64,000 nt of DNA from a virus (IMGVR_UViG_3300047554_000527:8387-72386), one strand, 5' to 3'. Positions 52,604 to 62,339 are shown, counted from the stretch's first letter. Numbers and translations: made by a program. Notes: generated by a model not told the origin, from the sequence alone.

Positions 52604-53355
52604 AACTTAGTTAATATTTCTTTCATTTGACGGTATCGGTCTAGTTTTGTTCTAGCACCTAACACAACTACAATGTACCGCTGGGCATTCTTTTCGACCA
52701 TCATGCCCAGGCACCAACCAGCCGGAGTAGTTAGACCAGTTTTAGTAAGTGTAATATTATCAAACTCGAACAACAGCTCTTGGTTGGTATTTTGAAGTTC
52801 GATCTTTCTTATTTTGTTTTTAATGATCTGTTGAAATGACGCTTCTTTTTTAGTTGTAGTTTGTTTGATCAAGGGATAAGTGGCGCTGGCAATCAGCAGT
52901 CTCTTAACGCCAAGAATAGTAGTAACATTCCTACTATCTAGACCGCTGGCATCGCTAAAGTTTGCACTAGGCATTTCTAATAGACGTGCTTTGGCATTCA
53001 TTGCTTCAATAAATGCAGTTCTGCCTCCGGGATAATCTTCTGCTAGCGTTTCTGCGGCGTTGTTATCACTGCGAACTAACATAGCCTGTAGCAGTTCTCC
53101 ACGTGTCCATGTTCCATGTGGAAGAACTCCCCATACTTTAGCTACGGATTTTAAAGGTCGATCTAAATCAGTGCTGTAGTCAAGTGCCACCATTGCAGTC
53201 ATTAGTTTAGTAAGACTGGCAATAGGCCGTACTTGATCTACATTTTCTTGTATTAGAGCATGTCCTGTATCTGTGTTGTATAGCAGGACGCTCTGCGGAA
53301 TTGGTTTAGACCAAGCAGAGCCACATAACAGAATAAGGGCAAGGAACCGAAACAT
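52600..53355 (-). CDS. D-alanyl-D-alanine carboxypeptidase (peptidase S11, PBP5/6-like) with signal peptide
   Basis: SxxK (IASLTKLMT), SxN (RSDNNAAE), KTG (LTKTGLT) motifs in correct order. Confidence 0.65.
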   Translation of the reverse strand: MFRFLALILLCGSAWSKPIPQSVLLYNTDTGHALIQENVDQVRPIASLTKLMTAMVALDYSTDLDRPLKSVAKVWGVLPHGTWTRGELLQAMLVRSDNNAAETLAEDYPGGRTAFIEAMNAKARLLEMPSANFSDASGLDSRNVTTILGVKRLLIASATYPLIKQTTTKKEASFQQIIKNKIRKIELQNTNQELLFEFDNITLTKTGLTTPAGWCLGMMVEKNAQRYIVVVLGARTKLDRYRQMKEILTKL

Positions 53356-53816
53356 TACTTGCCATTTTCTTTAACCAACTGACACATTAGAATAAAGTGT
53401 TCGTAGGCCTTTCGAACACTGTCGTGTTCCATTAGCTTGTCTGCTTCTTGCATCATGGCCTTAACTCCTTCTTCAGCAATTTCTCTGGCACTTGGTAGTT
53501 CGATGTAAAATCGATCAGTATCAAAGACTTCTGTCATCTTATCCCAAGCCGCACGTTGCTCTTCGGTAATAGGCTTGTTGCGGGGGCGCATTTCACTGGC
53601 CTTAACTACAGCTGAACTGATAGCATCTTCGGCGACACGACCTGCGGCAATCATTGCCGCATAGTTTGGATCAATATTGTAGCGAGTACTAGAGCCCCCA
53701 GGGTAACTCATAATAATATGAGTTCCTTTGGGCATGGCGCTCATAAGGTCGCTGTCGTACTCATAAACTGGTACATACTTGCGTCCTACTTTTTCATAGA
53801 ATATCTTCTTCGTCAT
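53355..53816 (-). CDS. hypothetical protein
   Basis: 153-aa ORF. Confidence 0.35.
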   Translation of the reverse strand: MTKKIFYEKVGRKYVPVYEYDSDLMSAMPKGTHIIMSYPGGSSTRYNIDPNYAAMIAAGRVAEDAISSAVVKASEMRPRNKPITEEQRAAWDKMTEVFDTDRFYIELPSAREIAEEGVKAMMQEADKLMEHDSVRKAYEHFILMCQLVKENGK

Positions 53817-54108
53817 TTTTCAATCCGTTGCTGTGTCGGTCTGTGTGTTTGTCAGGATCTTGGAATAAACGTTTTTCTTGTGCAGTCAGTTTATCTTTGT
53901 GCGTCTTACGAGGGTTACCACACATGAAGCATTCGGGATTGCCGCAGTCCATGGCGTGATGCTTATGGAATCGATGAGGTTGTTTTCCTACTTTGCTGTT
54001 GTACTCAGACACGCCATGTTGTTTAGCAATCTTGGCCTGCTTACGCACAGCGTTTTCGTCCTTAAGACGGCGGCGGCTGTTTAGATATTTTGCCAGTTCA
54101 TTAGCCAC
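53794..54108 (-). CDS. hypothetical protein with His/Cys metal-binding cluster
   Basis: HKHHAMDCGNPECFMCGNPRK. Confidence 0.3.
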   Translation of the reverse strand: MANELAKYLNSRRRLKDENAVRKQAKIAKQHGVSEYNSKVGKQPHRFHKHHAMDCGNPECFMCGNPRKTHKDKLTAQEKRLFQDPDKHTDRHSNGLKNDEEDIL

Positions 54109-54655
54109 GTATAAAATCCTTTGCTCGTTGTTTCATACCTTCTGGGTCACGTTGGTATTCATCGATAGCATGACGCAGTGCTTCTTCAACAAAAGCATTA
54201 AAGGTCATGTCACGGTCATGCGCTAACTTCATATACTTTAGAAGCTCTTCGTCAGTGAAGTCGATCGGAACTTGTACTCGTTCGTCGTAGTCTTTGCCAT
54301 CATAGATAGCAGTAGCTTTTTCTAGCCAATCTTCATCAACTTCGAGATCAGTGTAATTAACATCATCCCAAGCCATATCGGCAAAACCTCCCATTTCTTG
54401 AACTTTGGCTTTTTGGGCTTCCTTATACAGGGGATTGATCATTCGGTAAGCACGATTATGGACATAGTCGTGTGCCTGGACTTCATAGACCATCTGTGTC
54501 TCTGTGTCAAAGATGATTGTAAAACTGTGTCCGTTTTGCTCACCATTCCAACTATCTAGCATGTAGGCTTTATGACCGTAACAGTTCCAACCAAAATCGC
54601 TACCTTCGGTAATACGGTAATTAACAATTTCCATCCATTGCTTGAGAGTGATCAT
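54101..54655 (-). CDS. hypothetical acidic protein
   Basis: 184-aa ORF. Confidence 0.35.
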   Translation of the reverse strand: MITLKQWMEIVNYRITEGSDFGWNCYGHKAYMLDSWNGEQNGHSFTIIFDTETQMVYEVQAHDYVHNRAYRMINPLYKEAQKAKVQEMGGFADMAWDDVNYTDLEVDEDWLEKATAIYDGKDYDERVQVPIDFTDEELLKYMKLAHDRDMTFNAFVEEALRHAIDEYQRDPEGMKQRAKDFIRG

Positions 54656-54704
54656 CTAAATCTCCTATGTTGATGTATTATTATAGCAGGAGATGTGGTA
54701 AAGG

Positions 54705-55727
54705 TCAAGCAGGATTTCTTATCCAAATTATTTCGTGTGGTGTGTATTTGAATAATGGTTGATTGGGAGCAGGATGAACTGGCTTTACATTAATTGGACA
54801 CCTATCTCCAATCCGTTCTTTAAATTTTTTATAAACTGATTGGGCTGTGTCCAAATTACCAGGATCAACCATAATACGAACATTTACCCAATTTGAACCA
54901 CGACCTACAATAGCTTGCTCAACACTATCCAAAAACTTTTCAACTCCTTGTTCCTTAACATAATTTAGGTGTATGCTAAAACAGACATCGCTGACTGCGG
55001 CCAACTCACAATAATATTCTGCATTTCTACTACCGTTGGTTGTAGTAATAGACCGATGTCCTATGCTGTATAGATATTGTACAAAGGGCAGATAATCTTT
55101 ATAAACAGTTAATTCCCCGCCAAGCATACTGAATTTCACTCTAGCTCCATGTATCCAATATTGATCAATACTATGATAGGCAGACACCATTTGTTCTAAT
55201 GTTTTGTGTGCTTCGTGATTGTTGTGATCAGATTCTGGACAATACCAGCAATCAAAATTGCACCTTCTTCCCAATGCCCATGTTATAGTTTTAAAGTTAG
55301 TATCATTCGTTGATATTACCATATCGGCTTTTACTGTGTCGTGCTGACTATCTAACTTAAACTCTTCAACTATTCCATCTTTAAAAAATTCAACAACCTG
55401 CTCTTGTTGCTTAACTTTAGGGATTTCCATGTCTGCACCACAAGTACAAAGGTTCTTAGAACAAACAATCCATTCTTTATTAGATTTTAAATCATGTGTT
55501 ATTGTATAGATGTTTCCTATTATGCCGCCTTCTCTACAGACAGCGTTGTAGATATTTCCGTCGTAGTCGATATACAGAGAATTAAGTCCTGCTGAACAAA
55601 ACCAGTCTTTCCAATGACTTAGACCTTTTCCTAACATGCTTTCTACAGTATGCAGAGCATAGTTTTTATTTTGATCTATTAGGACAATATTTTTGCCTGT
55701 AAAGGGTATGCTCTTAGAAGTTGTCAT
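54705..55727 (-). CDS. radical SAM domain protein
   Basis: CNFDCWYC (Cx3Cx2C) cluster; start taken at MTTSKSIPF (55727) to avoid overlap with divergent ALAS gene; alternative 55823. Confidence 0.5.
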   Translation of the reverse strand: MTTSKSIPFTGKNIVLIDQNKNYALHTVESMLGKGLSHWKDWFCSAGLNSLYIDYDGNIYNAVCREGGIIGNIYTITHDLKSNKEWIVCSKNLCTCGADMEIPKVKQQEQVVEFFKDGIVEEFKLDSQHDTVKADMVISTNDTNFKTITWALGRRCNFDCWYCPESDHNNHEAHKTLEQMVSAYHSIDQYWIHGARVKFSMLGGELTVYKDYLPFVQYLYSIGHRSITTTNGSRNAEYYCELAAVSDVCFSIHLNYVKEQGVEKFLDSVEQAIVGRGSNWVNVRIMVDPGNLDTAQSVYKKFKERIGDRCPINVKPVHPAPNQPLFKYTPHEIIWIRNPA

Positions 55728-55758
55728 AGTAATATTTATTTGGTTAAATACACACATT

Positions 55759-56952
55759 ATGATTAAACCTAAGTCACAAGACGCTATTGCCGCTAGCTTA
55801 GAAAAACTTAAAACTGAAGGCAACTATAGGGTTTTCACCGACATTCTTCGTGAGCGTGGTGAGTTCCCTAAAGCTGTTTATTACGGCAAATACAATATTA
55901 AACATATCACCAATTGGTGTAGCAACGACTATCTAGGCATGGGACAACACAAAGTTGTTCTAGATGCTATGCATACCGCACTAGATACGGCAGGTGCAGG
56001 ATCCGGAGGCACTCGAAACATTTCCGGCACGACACACTATCATGTAGCCCTAGAATGGGAATTGGCCAAGCTTCACGACAAGACCAGTGCTTTATTATTC
56101 ACTAGTGGTTATGTTGCCAATCAAGCAACATTAAGTATCTTAGGTCGTATGATTCCCGGAGCACACTATATCAGTGATGCTAATAATCACAATAGTATGA
56201 TTGTAGGAATGAAGTCAGCACAGTGTCCTATCACAGTGTGGAAACATAACGATCTAGCACACTTGAGAGAAATACTATCAGCATTAGATTCGTCGGCACA
56301 ACCTATTATTGCCATGGAAGGTGTGTATAGTATGGATGGCGATAAAGGTTTAATCAGCGACGTTTGCGAAATTGCTCGTTTGTACGGCGCTATGGTCTAT
56401 GTTGATGAAGTACATGCTGTAGGCTTATACGGTACAAGAGGTGCTGGTGTAGCAGAAGAACAACGTTGCATCGACGGAGTGGATGTATTTCAAGGCACCC
56501 TGGCCAAAGCCTATGGAGTACAGGGCGGGTACATTGCCGCTGGCAGAGACTTAGTCGATATGGTTCGCAGTTATGCACAGGGATTTATTTTCAGTACTAG
56601 TATGAGTCCTGTACTGTGTGCAGGTGCGCTGGCCAGCGTAAAGTATGTCAGTGATCATCCTGAGCTACGTGATCGTATTTTTACAGTGGCGCAACAGACT
56701 AAGGAACACTTGTTGTCCAACGGCATTGATGTTCTAGAAGGCAATACACATATTGTACCTATTATGGTACGTGATGCTAAAAAATGTAAGATGATCAGTG
56801 ATTGGCTGCTAGAAGAACGTGCTATCTATCTACAGCCTATTAACTATCCAACAGTACCTTGGGGCACCGAACGACTTCGCGCTACTCCATCGCCTAACCA
56901 CACAGAAGCAGACATAGATTATTTGACAAGAAGTCTTAAGGAGATATTATGA
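55759..56952 (+). CDS. 5-aminolevulinate synthase (alpha-oxoamine synthase family, ALAS/HemA-like)
   Basis: start MIKPKSQDAIAASLEKLKTEGNYRVFTDILRERGEFPKA...WCSNDYLGMGQH and DEVHAVGLYGTRGAGVAE...GTLAKAYG closely track Rhodobacter HemA; PLP-lysine context. Confidence 0.7.
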   Translation: MIKPKSQDAIAASLEKLKTEGNYRVFTDILRERGEFPKAVYYGKYNIKHITNWCSNDYLGMGQHKVVLDAMHTALDTAGAGSGGTRNISGTTHYHVALEWELAKLHDKTSALLFTSGYVANQATLSILGRMIPGAHYISDANNHNSMIVGMKSAQCPITVWKHNDLAHLREILSALDSSAQPIIAMEGVYSMDGDKGLISDVCEIARLYGAMVYVDEVHAVGLYGTRGAGVAEEQRCIDGVDVFQGTLAKAYGVQGGYIAAGRDLVDMVRSYAQGFIFSTSMSPVLCAGALASVKYVSDHPELRDRIFTVAQQTKEHLLSNGIDVLEGNTHIVPIMVRDAKKCKMISDWLLEERAIYLQPINYPTVPWGTERLRATPSPNHTEADIDYLTRSLKEIL

Positions 56953-57368
56953 ACAAGATTAAAAAAGCGTTTTGGGTTGCTCTAGGATTCCTATTCTTAG
57001 GCATAGCTTATATTGGCGTTGTAACGCCCGGGATCCCCTGGAGCACACCTACAGTTATTGCCGCATTCTGTTTTGCCAAAGGTAGCGAGCGTTGGCACAA
57101 CTGGATCATGAATCACAAGCTGTTCGGTCCGTTCCTCAGCAACTGGGGAGAGAAGCGTGTGTTTCCGACTAAAGCCAAGTGGGCTATGTTTATTACCATG
57201 GACTGTAGCTTGATTATTATTTGGCTCACTACCGGCAACTGGAAAGCTGTAGTGGGAACAGGCATCTTTATGATGATGTGTGCAGTATGGGCTTGGCGCT
57301 ATCCGGGTAGCGTAGAAGAATGGAAACGCCGTGTAGATAACGGCTTAAAGGTCGGCTGGTTCAAGTAA
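56949..57368 (+). CDS. YbaN/DUF454-family inner membrane protein
   Basis: N-terminus MNKIKKAFWVALGFLFLGIAYIGVVTPGIP... typical of DUF454. Confidence 0.55.
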   Translation: MNKIKKAFWVALGFLFLGIAYIGVVTPGIPWSTPTVIAAFCFAKGSERWHNWIMNHKLFGPFLSNWGEKRVFPTKAKWAMFITMDCSLIIIWLTTGNWKAVVGTGIFMMMCAVWAWRYPGSVEEWKRRVDNGLKVGWFK

Positions 57369-57566
57369 CTGAGCGTTCCAACGTAGGCACATGAGTAGAG
57401 CATCTTTTGTATTAGAAAACTCGAACTCCATGTTTTCTACGTTGGCATGAGTTACAAACCGTTCGCCGGGCAATCCATAGTGTTCGATTGCCCAGGCACA
57501 GACTTCGTTCCAATAGGTATTGTTATCAAAATCTCGAATCCAAGATATGCGTACTACAGCAGTCAT
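57345..57566 (-). CDS. member of paralogous small-protein family (isolated copy)
   Basis: ...YWNEVCAWAIEHYGLPGERF...FEFSNTKDALLMCLRWNA. Confidence 0.45.
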   Translation of the reverse strand: MTAVVRISWIRDFDNNTYWNEVCAWAIEHYGLPGERFVTHANVENMEFEFSNTKDALLMCLRWNAQLLEPADL

Positions 57567-57961
57567 CGAGTCTTTTCTGCTAGGTCTTTATAACCTGCCC
57601 AACTGGGATGAACTCCGTCGGGTTGCAATCGTGTAATTGGCAATACAGTATCTCCGTACTCTGTTGCCATATTCTTAACAATATCTTGAATTTCAGGTTT
57701 GATTGCAGGCAGTATCCAAAATACTCTTGTGTTCGGACCTACCTTTTCTCTAATGCGTTGTAATTCTGCCTTAGTTCGAACACCCTTGTGGTCGTTACTA
57801 CCTAGGCTGATAATAACTGTACGAGCAGCCAAATTATTTTTAAGGTAATCGCGATTCCACTGCCAAGTATTCCACCCACCTTTGGCATGGGCAACACATT
57901 CAGGCCGAAACTGATGTGTGCCTACTGCAATACTATCACCGAGAATTAAACAGTCAATCAT
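57563..57961 (-). CDS. SGNH/GDSL-like hydrolase
   Basis: N-terminal ILGDSIAVG block. Confidence 0.5.
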   Translation of the reverse strand: MIDCLILGDSIAVGTHQFRPECVAHAKGGWNTWQWNRDYLKNNLAARTVIISLGSNDHKGVRTKAELQRIREKVGPNTRVFWILPAIKPEIQDIVKNMATEYGDTVLPITRLQPDGVHPSWAGYKDLAEKTR

Positions 57962-58488
57962 CGTGGTCTGATTTTTAGTTTAGCATAGACATTTTGTACG
58001 CCCACTGCCTGACGAATAGCATCTTGTAGAGCATCGTGCTTACTGCCCTTGGGCATGTCTGGATCAACACCGAGGTCAAACAGTGTGCGGGTATCCCGCA
58101 ATTGCCAATAGTTCCAAGGACGTGGCTTTTTAAGTTGGCTGTATAGGCTTTCTAAAATTACCAAGTCGAATGTAGCGCCGTGGCTCCAAAATGCATCACA
58201 CCCCCAGGCAAACTTATGAAACTGATCCATAGCATCTGCAAGTGGAATACGATTGTCGGGACTGAACGCTTCTTCCATAATAACAGGATCTTGCTTGGCC
58301 CACCAATCAAGTGTATTTGGATCAATTTCTCGACCTAGCGCATCTTGATCGTCGAGATTAATTTTGAAATACAGTTTATCACCGTATCCATTACCATAGG
58401 GATTAAAATGTACTGCGCCTAGACTAAGAACTACAGCATTAGGTGAGACAGCCATGGTCTCCATATCGACCATTAGGTGTTTTGGCAT
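57958..58488 (-). CDS. dexA: DexA-like 3'-5' exonuclease (DEDD family)
   Basis: MVDMETMAVSPNAVVLSLGAVHF resembles T4 DexA ...IIDFETMG...AVIDLAVIAF. Confidence 0.6.
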   Translation of the reverse strand: MPKHLMVDMETMAVSPNAVVLSLGAVHFNPYGNGYGDKLYFKINLDDQDALGREIDPNTLDWWAKQDPVIMEEAFSPDNRIPLADAMDQFHKFAWGCDAFWSHGATFDLVILESLYSQLKKPRPWNYWQLRDTRTLFDLGVDPDMPKGSKHDALQDAIRQAVGVQNVYAKLKIRPR

Positions 58489-58724
58489 TAGTTTAGCTTT
58501 CTGGGTTCGTCTGGAAGATCGTTGAGCTTACGAAGTAGAGTTTCTGCAAACTCTGGATCTTCGTCAATTAGTTCGTCGATGTCCAATGGTTGAGATTTTT
58601 CAAAGAGCTCACCGCTTTCGGCCATACGCTGAATTTCAGCAACCAACTCGTCGAGCTCTTCCTGTGTGCCTTCAAAGTTTTCAAAAGCACCAGGGGCGAA
58701 TTCAATTTTGATTTTTTTGTCCAT
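58488..58724 (-). CDS. hypothetical acidic protein
   Basis: 78-aa ORF. Confidence 0.3.
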   Translation of the reverse strand: MDKKIKIEFAPGAFENFEGTQEELDELVAEIQRMAESGELFEKSQPLDIDELIDEDPEFAETLLRKLNDLPDEPRKLN

Positions 58725-58755
58725 GCGTTAATTATACTATAATTCTTTACGCTTG

Positions 58756-58986
58756 TCAATACATTTTCTTGGGTAATTGTTGTTCTCTGAGTTTTTTTAA
58801 CCAACGAGAACGAGCGGCTCCGGCTTTTCTTTTGCGCTCTGTTGTGGGTTTTTCATAATGCTGCCGTGCTAGAACATCGATCAGTTTATTTGACTCATCC
58901 ACTTTCTTTTTAAATTTTCTTAGGGCAACATTTACGTTGTCATCGCGGACTTCTACAGTTAATCCTCTTTTATTGCTTTTTCTCAT
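58756..58986 (-). CDS. rpsU: ribosomal protein bS21
   Basis: ...VALRKFKKKV...QHYEKPTTERKRKAGAARSR... matches bS21 (ALRRFKR...EFYEKPTTERKRAK). Confidence 0.75.
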   Translation of the reverse strand: MRKSNKRGLTVEVRDDNVNVALRKFKKKVDESNKLIDVLARQHYEKPTTERKRKAGAARSRWLKKLREQQLPKKMY

Positions 58987-60202
58987 TTTCTACTTTGTCA
59001 AAAATTAGCACAGCTGGTTTTCCATCAACTGTTTCTTTACTTATCACAATTTTGGTTAAACCACGTTGCACAAGCTCAGCGGCTTCGAATTGATATTTAA
59101 GAAGAATTTTTTCAATAATATTTTTAAGTCCGCGGGCGTTAGTATCTAGCTTTTTAGCCTGTTCTGCAATAGCAACTAAGGCATCGTCTTCGAACTGTAG
59201 CTCAACTCCGTCTAGTTCGAAAATATATTGATACTGCCTAACTAGGCTGTTTTTTGGTTCTTTAAGAATCTTGGTTAAGTGTTCAATTTTCAATTCTTCG
59301 ACACTGGTACTAATTCCAAAACGGCCGATAAACTCAGGAATGAGTCCAAAACTGATTAAGTCCTTAGTAACAACTTCTTTGAAAAGGTCGTCACGTTCTA
59401 CAGCCTGCTCGAGTTTAGAGCCGAATCCAATAGAGCTAGTCTTAGTTCTACGACTGACAATCTTGTCAAGGCCGACAAATGCTCCACCGCAGATAAACAG
59501 AATGTTGCGTGTATCGATTTCGTTCATTTCACCACGAGGATGCTTACGCTTTTCTCCTGCAGGTAATCGAACTACACTGCCTTCAATCATTTTAAGCAGG
59601 CCCTGCTGTACGCCTTCACCACTAACATCTCGTGTAATACTAGTACTTTCACCCTTACGAGCAATCTTATCAATCTCGTCGATATATACAATACCGTGCT
59701 CTGCTTTTTTAATATCACCGTCGGCATTGGCTACTAGACGTACAAGAACACTTTCAACGTCGTCGCCGACATATCCTGCTTCAGTAAGACCTGTAGCATC
59801 GCAGATAGCAAACGGTACATCTAGATACTCTGCTAGTTTGCGTACAAGGAATGTCTTGCCGCAACCTGTAGGACCCATCATTAGCACGTTAGTCTTATCG
59901 ATCTCAATGTTTTGATCGTTTTTGGCAATACGCTTGAAATGTTGGCATACTGCTACAGCTAAGGTCATCTTAGCTTCGTCTTGTCCAATAACGTATTCGT
60001 CAAGATACTCTTTTACTCGAACAGGATTGAGTAACTGAGATGTGTCGGAGGGAAACTTTTTGATCTTTTCTTCTTTTAGAATATCAACACATAGATCAAC
60101 ACAGTCATTGCAGATGGCAATATCGTCACCACCTACAATTAACTTTTCAACTTCTTCTTTAGTTTTGCCGCAGAAACTGCAACTGGGAGTCTTTTCAGCC
60201 AA
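58970..60202 (-). CDS. clpX: ATP-dependent Clp protease ATP-binding subunit ClpX
   Basis: N-terminal CSFCGK...CNDC zinc-binding domain, Walker A GPTGCGKT, 410 aa. Confidence 0.85.
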   Translation of the reverse strand: MAEKTPSCSFCGKTKEEVEKLIVGGDDIAICNDCVDLCVDILKEEKIKKFPSDTSQLLNPVRVKEYLDEYVIGQDEAKMTLAVAVCQHFKRIAKNDQNIEIDKTNVLMMGPTGCGKTFLVRKLAEYLDVPFAICDATGLTEAGYVGDDVESVLVRLVANADGDIKKAEHGIVYIDEIDKIARKGESTSITRDVSGEGVQQGLLKMIEGSVVRLPAGEKRKHPRGEMNEIDTRNILFICGGAFVGLDKIVSRRTKTSSIGFGSKLEQAVERDDLFKEVVTKDLISFGLIPEFIGRFGISTSVEELKIEHLTKILKEPKNSLVRQYQYIFELDGVELQFEDDALVAIAEQAKKLDTNARGLKNIIEKILLKYQFEAAELVQRGLTKIVISKETVDGKPAVLIFDKVENEKKQ

Positions 60203-60569
60203 AATGTACCTCTAAAAATTCTGTAATGTTATTTACTGATCGTTGATTGATGTAACTCATTAATGAACGAAAGTTCTCGTCCTTGGCACTATACCAAACA
60301 TTATGCTTGCTCAGTATGTAGCTAGTCAGCCACTTAGTAAAGTCGCTGTCGTTGTCGCAGTTCAAATAAACTCCCTTTGAAACTGCAAGGGCATGTAATA
60401 ACCATGACATGTTATTTTCGCCCTGGTAGTAGTATAGGTTTAACGGATCTACAGTGTGCTCCGCAAACCAACGGCTAGAAGCTTCTTGTTCTTCTTCTGA
60501 TATATTCATAAACAGGATACTGTTGTTTCCGTTTTCAAAAATATCAGGAGGAGTAATCAATGTTATCAT
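60195..60569 (-). CDS. hypothetical protein
   Basis: 124-aa ORF overlapping clpX start. Confidence 0.35.
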   Translation of the reverse strand: MITLITPPDIFENGNNSILFMNISEEEQEASSRWFAEHTVDPLNLYYYQGENNMSWLLHALAVSKGVYLNCDNDSDFTKWLTSYILSKHNVWYSAKDENFRSLMSYINQRSVNNITEFLEVHFG

Positions 60570-61936
60570 TGTTTCTTCGAAGCCTGTTCCATGTATTCTT
60601 CTTCGCTGATCCTAGTGCTTTCGCTAAGACGATTCCATAGACTGTTCGGGTTTTGCTCTTCGTTTTGAATGTAGTCGTTTAATTGTTTAAACTCAGACGC
60701 CGAATACGTATCATTGGCAACTTTAATAATTCCGTTGTCACTGCTATATCCATGCACCTTAACATCGTCAGATAACTTTCTAGCTCTTAGTGCTAGTTTA
60801 AGCTCATCGTTCTCTTGTTGCAAGCGATTTACAGTACCTTCGAGCGCATCAATAAGCTCTGCTTCAACCAAATACTCTTTCTTTTCCTCGGGTGCAGGTG
60901 CAGGCTCTGGTTTATAAACCATTGGCTCTAGACCTTCGAAGTGTGTAAATCCGTTGTTAAGATAGGGATGTTGCTCTAGAATAGATTCTGTGACAGTGGC
61001 TGTGCTGACTACATCAGATTCCTTTTCTGGGCTGTCACCCTCCGCAATTGGTGTTATTTCTTCGTATGTAGGGAAGAGGTCATCTTCTGGAGCAAGCTCT
61101 TCAACAGTAGGTTTTTCTCCTACATCTGCTACATACGGATCTGGCGTATATTCTTCTTGTTCTCTAAGCTTCTGGAATGTAATTTGGCTGGCCAACAATA
61201 GGATAACAGCCATTGGATCAAACACAACTACAATAAGAATAATAACCCACGTGACTGCTTTCTCTAATACATTGGCATCTGTATTGTCGCCGTAGATAAA
61301 TGCCGCTATGTACTTTACTGGACCAACCTCTGCTTCCACCTTGCGTACTTCAGCGGCGATGGGTGCCCTCTCCTCACTAAGTTTGGCAATAACTTTCTGT
61401 TCGGCTGTAATCTCAGAAAGTAATCTAGTGCGTTCTTTGGCCTGCCCCCTACGTAGCGCAACTGCCTTGTCCGCACCTTTTTCGTCTTGACTTCGACCCA
61501 TAACTTGGTCCACAGCCTCATCCATTTGTTTGAGTGCTTTGCGATTAGCATCTATATTGTCCTTTGCTACTTTAATTTTCTCGTCGTATATCGCTATTTT
61601 AGAAAGTGCATCGCCACTGACAAGACTCTGGTCACTGTGTGCTTTACTTAGAAAGCCAAAGATGCCCATGCTGGTAATCAGCATAAGAGTAGCGATAGCA
61701 GTTAATAGGTATATCTTAATAGTCCAGGGAGAAATTTCCCAGTTCTGTTTTAACCATACAGTGGCTACTAATTTACCCACGCCTAGTGCAATTCCCATGA
61801 TAACGATAGGGAGAAACGCAGTTGGGAAAATGGCGGTAAGTCCTACAATACTGTAGAACTCTGCCACCGCCGAAATCAATAATCCGCTAAAAAGTGTTAG
61901 ATAGGCAATTAGTCTTTCTGTTCTTGTGTTAGTCAT
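60566..61936 (-). CDS. hypothetical multi-pass membrane protein with central coiled coil
   Basis: 3-4 N-terminal TM helices, charged helical region, further TM segment. Confidence 0.4.
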   Translation of the reverse strand: MTNTRTERLIAYLTLFSGLLISAVAEFYSIVGLTAIFPTAFLPIVIMGIALGVGKLVATVWLKQNWEISPWTIKIYLLTAIATLMLITSMGIFGFLSKAHSDQSLVSGDALSKIAIYDEKIKVAKDNIDANRKALKQMDEAVDQVMGRSQDEKGADKAVALRRGQAKERTRLLSEITAEQKVIAKLSEERAPIAAEVRKVEAEVGPVKYIAAFIYGDNTDANVLEKAVTWVIILIVVVFDPMAVILLLASQITFQKLREQEEYTPDPYVADVGEKPTVEELAPEDDLFPTYEEITPIAEGDSPEKESDVVSTATVTESILEQHPYLNNGFTHFEGLEPMVYKPEPAPAPEEKKEYLVEAELIDALEGTVNRLQQENDELKLALRARKLSDDVKVHGYSSDNGIIKVANDTYSASEFKQLNDYIQNEEQNPNSLWNRLSESTRISEEEYMEQASKKQ

Positions 61937-61946
61937 AGAATTTTAT

Positions 61947-62339
61947 TTATCGACGCATGTTAGCAATATCCTTGGCTTCATCGTCAGTGAAAATTGGCAC
62001 AGCATTGGATTTGTGCATAGTACCAATACCTTTAATCTTTGTACCTGTATAAACTTTAGCAGGGGCTAGTGTTGCGGCGCCTACACCGTCGCCTCGACTA
62101 GGGATGTGATTGCTAGTAGTACGTCCTGCTGGAGCACTCAACTTATAGGTCAGTGGCTCTGCAGAAAGAGCACGGCGGCGCTTTTTATCTTCTGCTTCTA
62201 CAGCCCACTTGGTCTGCAATTCTTTCCAAGAGGCATCGAGCTCACGAGCCTTGCGAGCTTCGTCGGCATTACGAAACTTTTGCTTGCCCTTTTTCTTACC
62301 GTTGAGGCTAAGACTAGGGTGATGAAGGTGCATGGTCAT
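61947..62339 (-). CDS. hypothetical basic protein
   Basis: 130-aa ORF, Lys/Arg-rich. Confidence 0.35.
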   Translation of the reverse strand: MTMHLHHPSLSLNGKKKGKQKFRNADEARKARELDASWKELQTKWAVEAEDKKRRRALSAEPLTYKLSAPAGRTTSNHIPSRGDGVGAATLAPAKVYTGTKIKGIGTMHKSNAVPIFTDDEAKDIANMRR

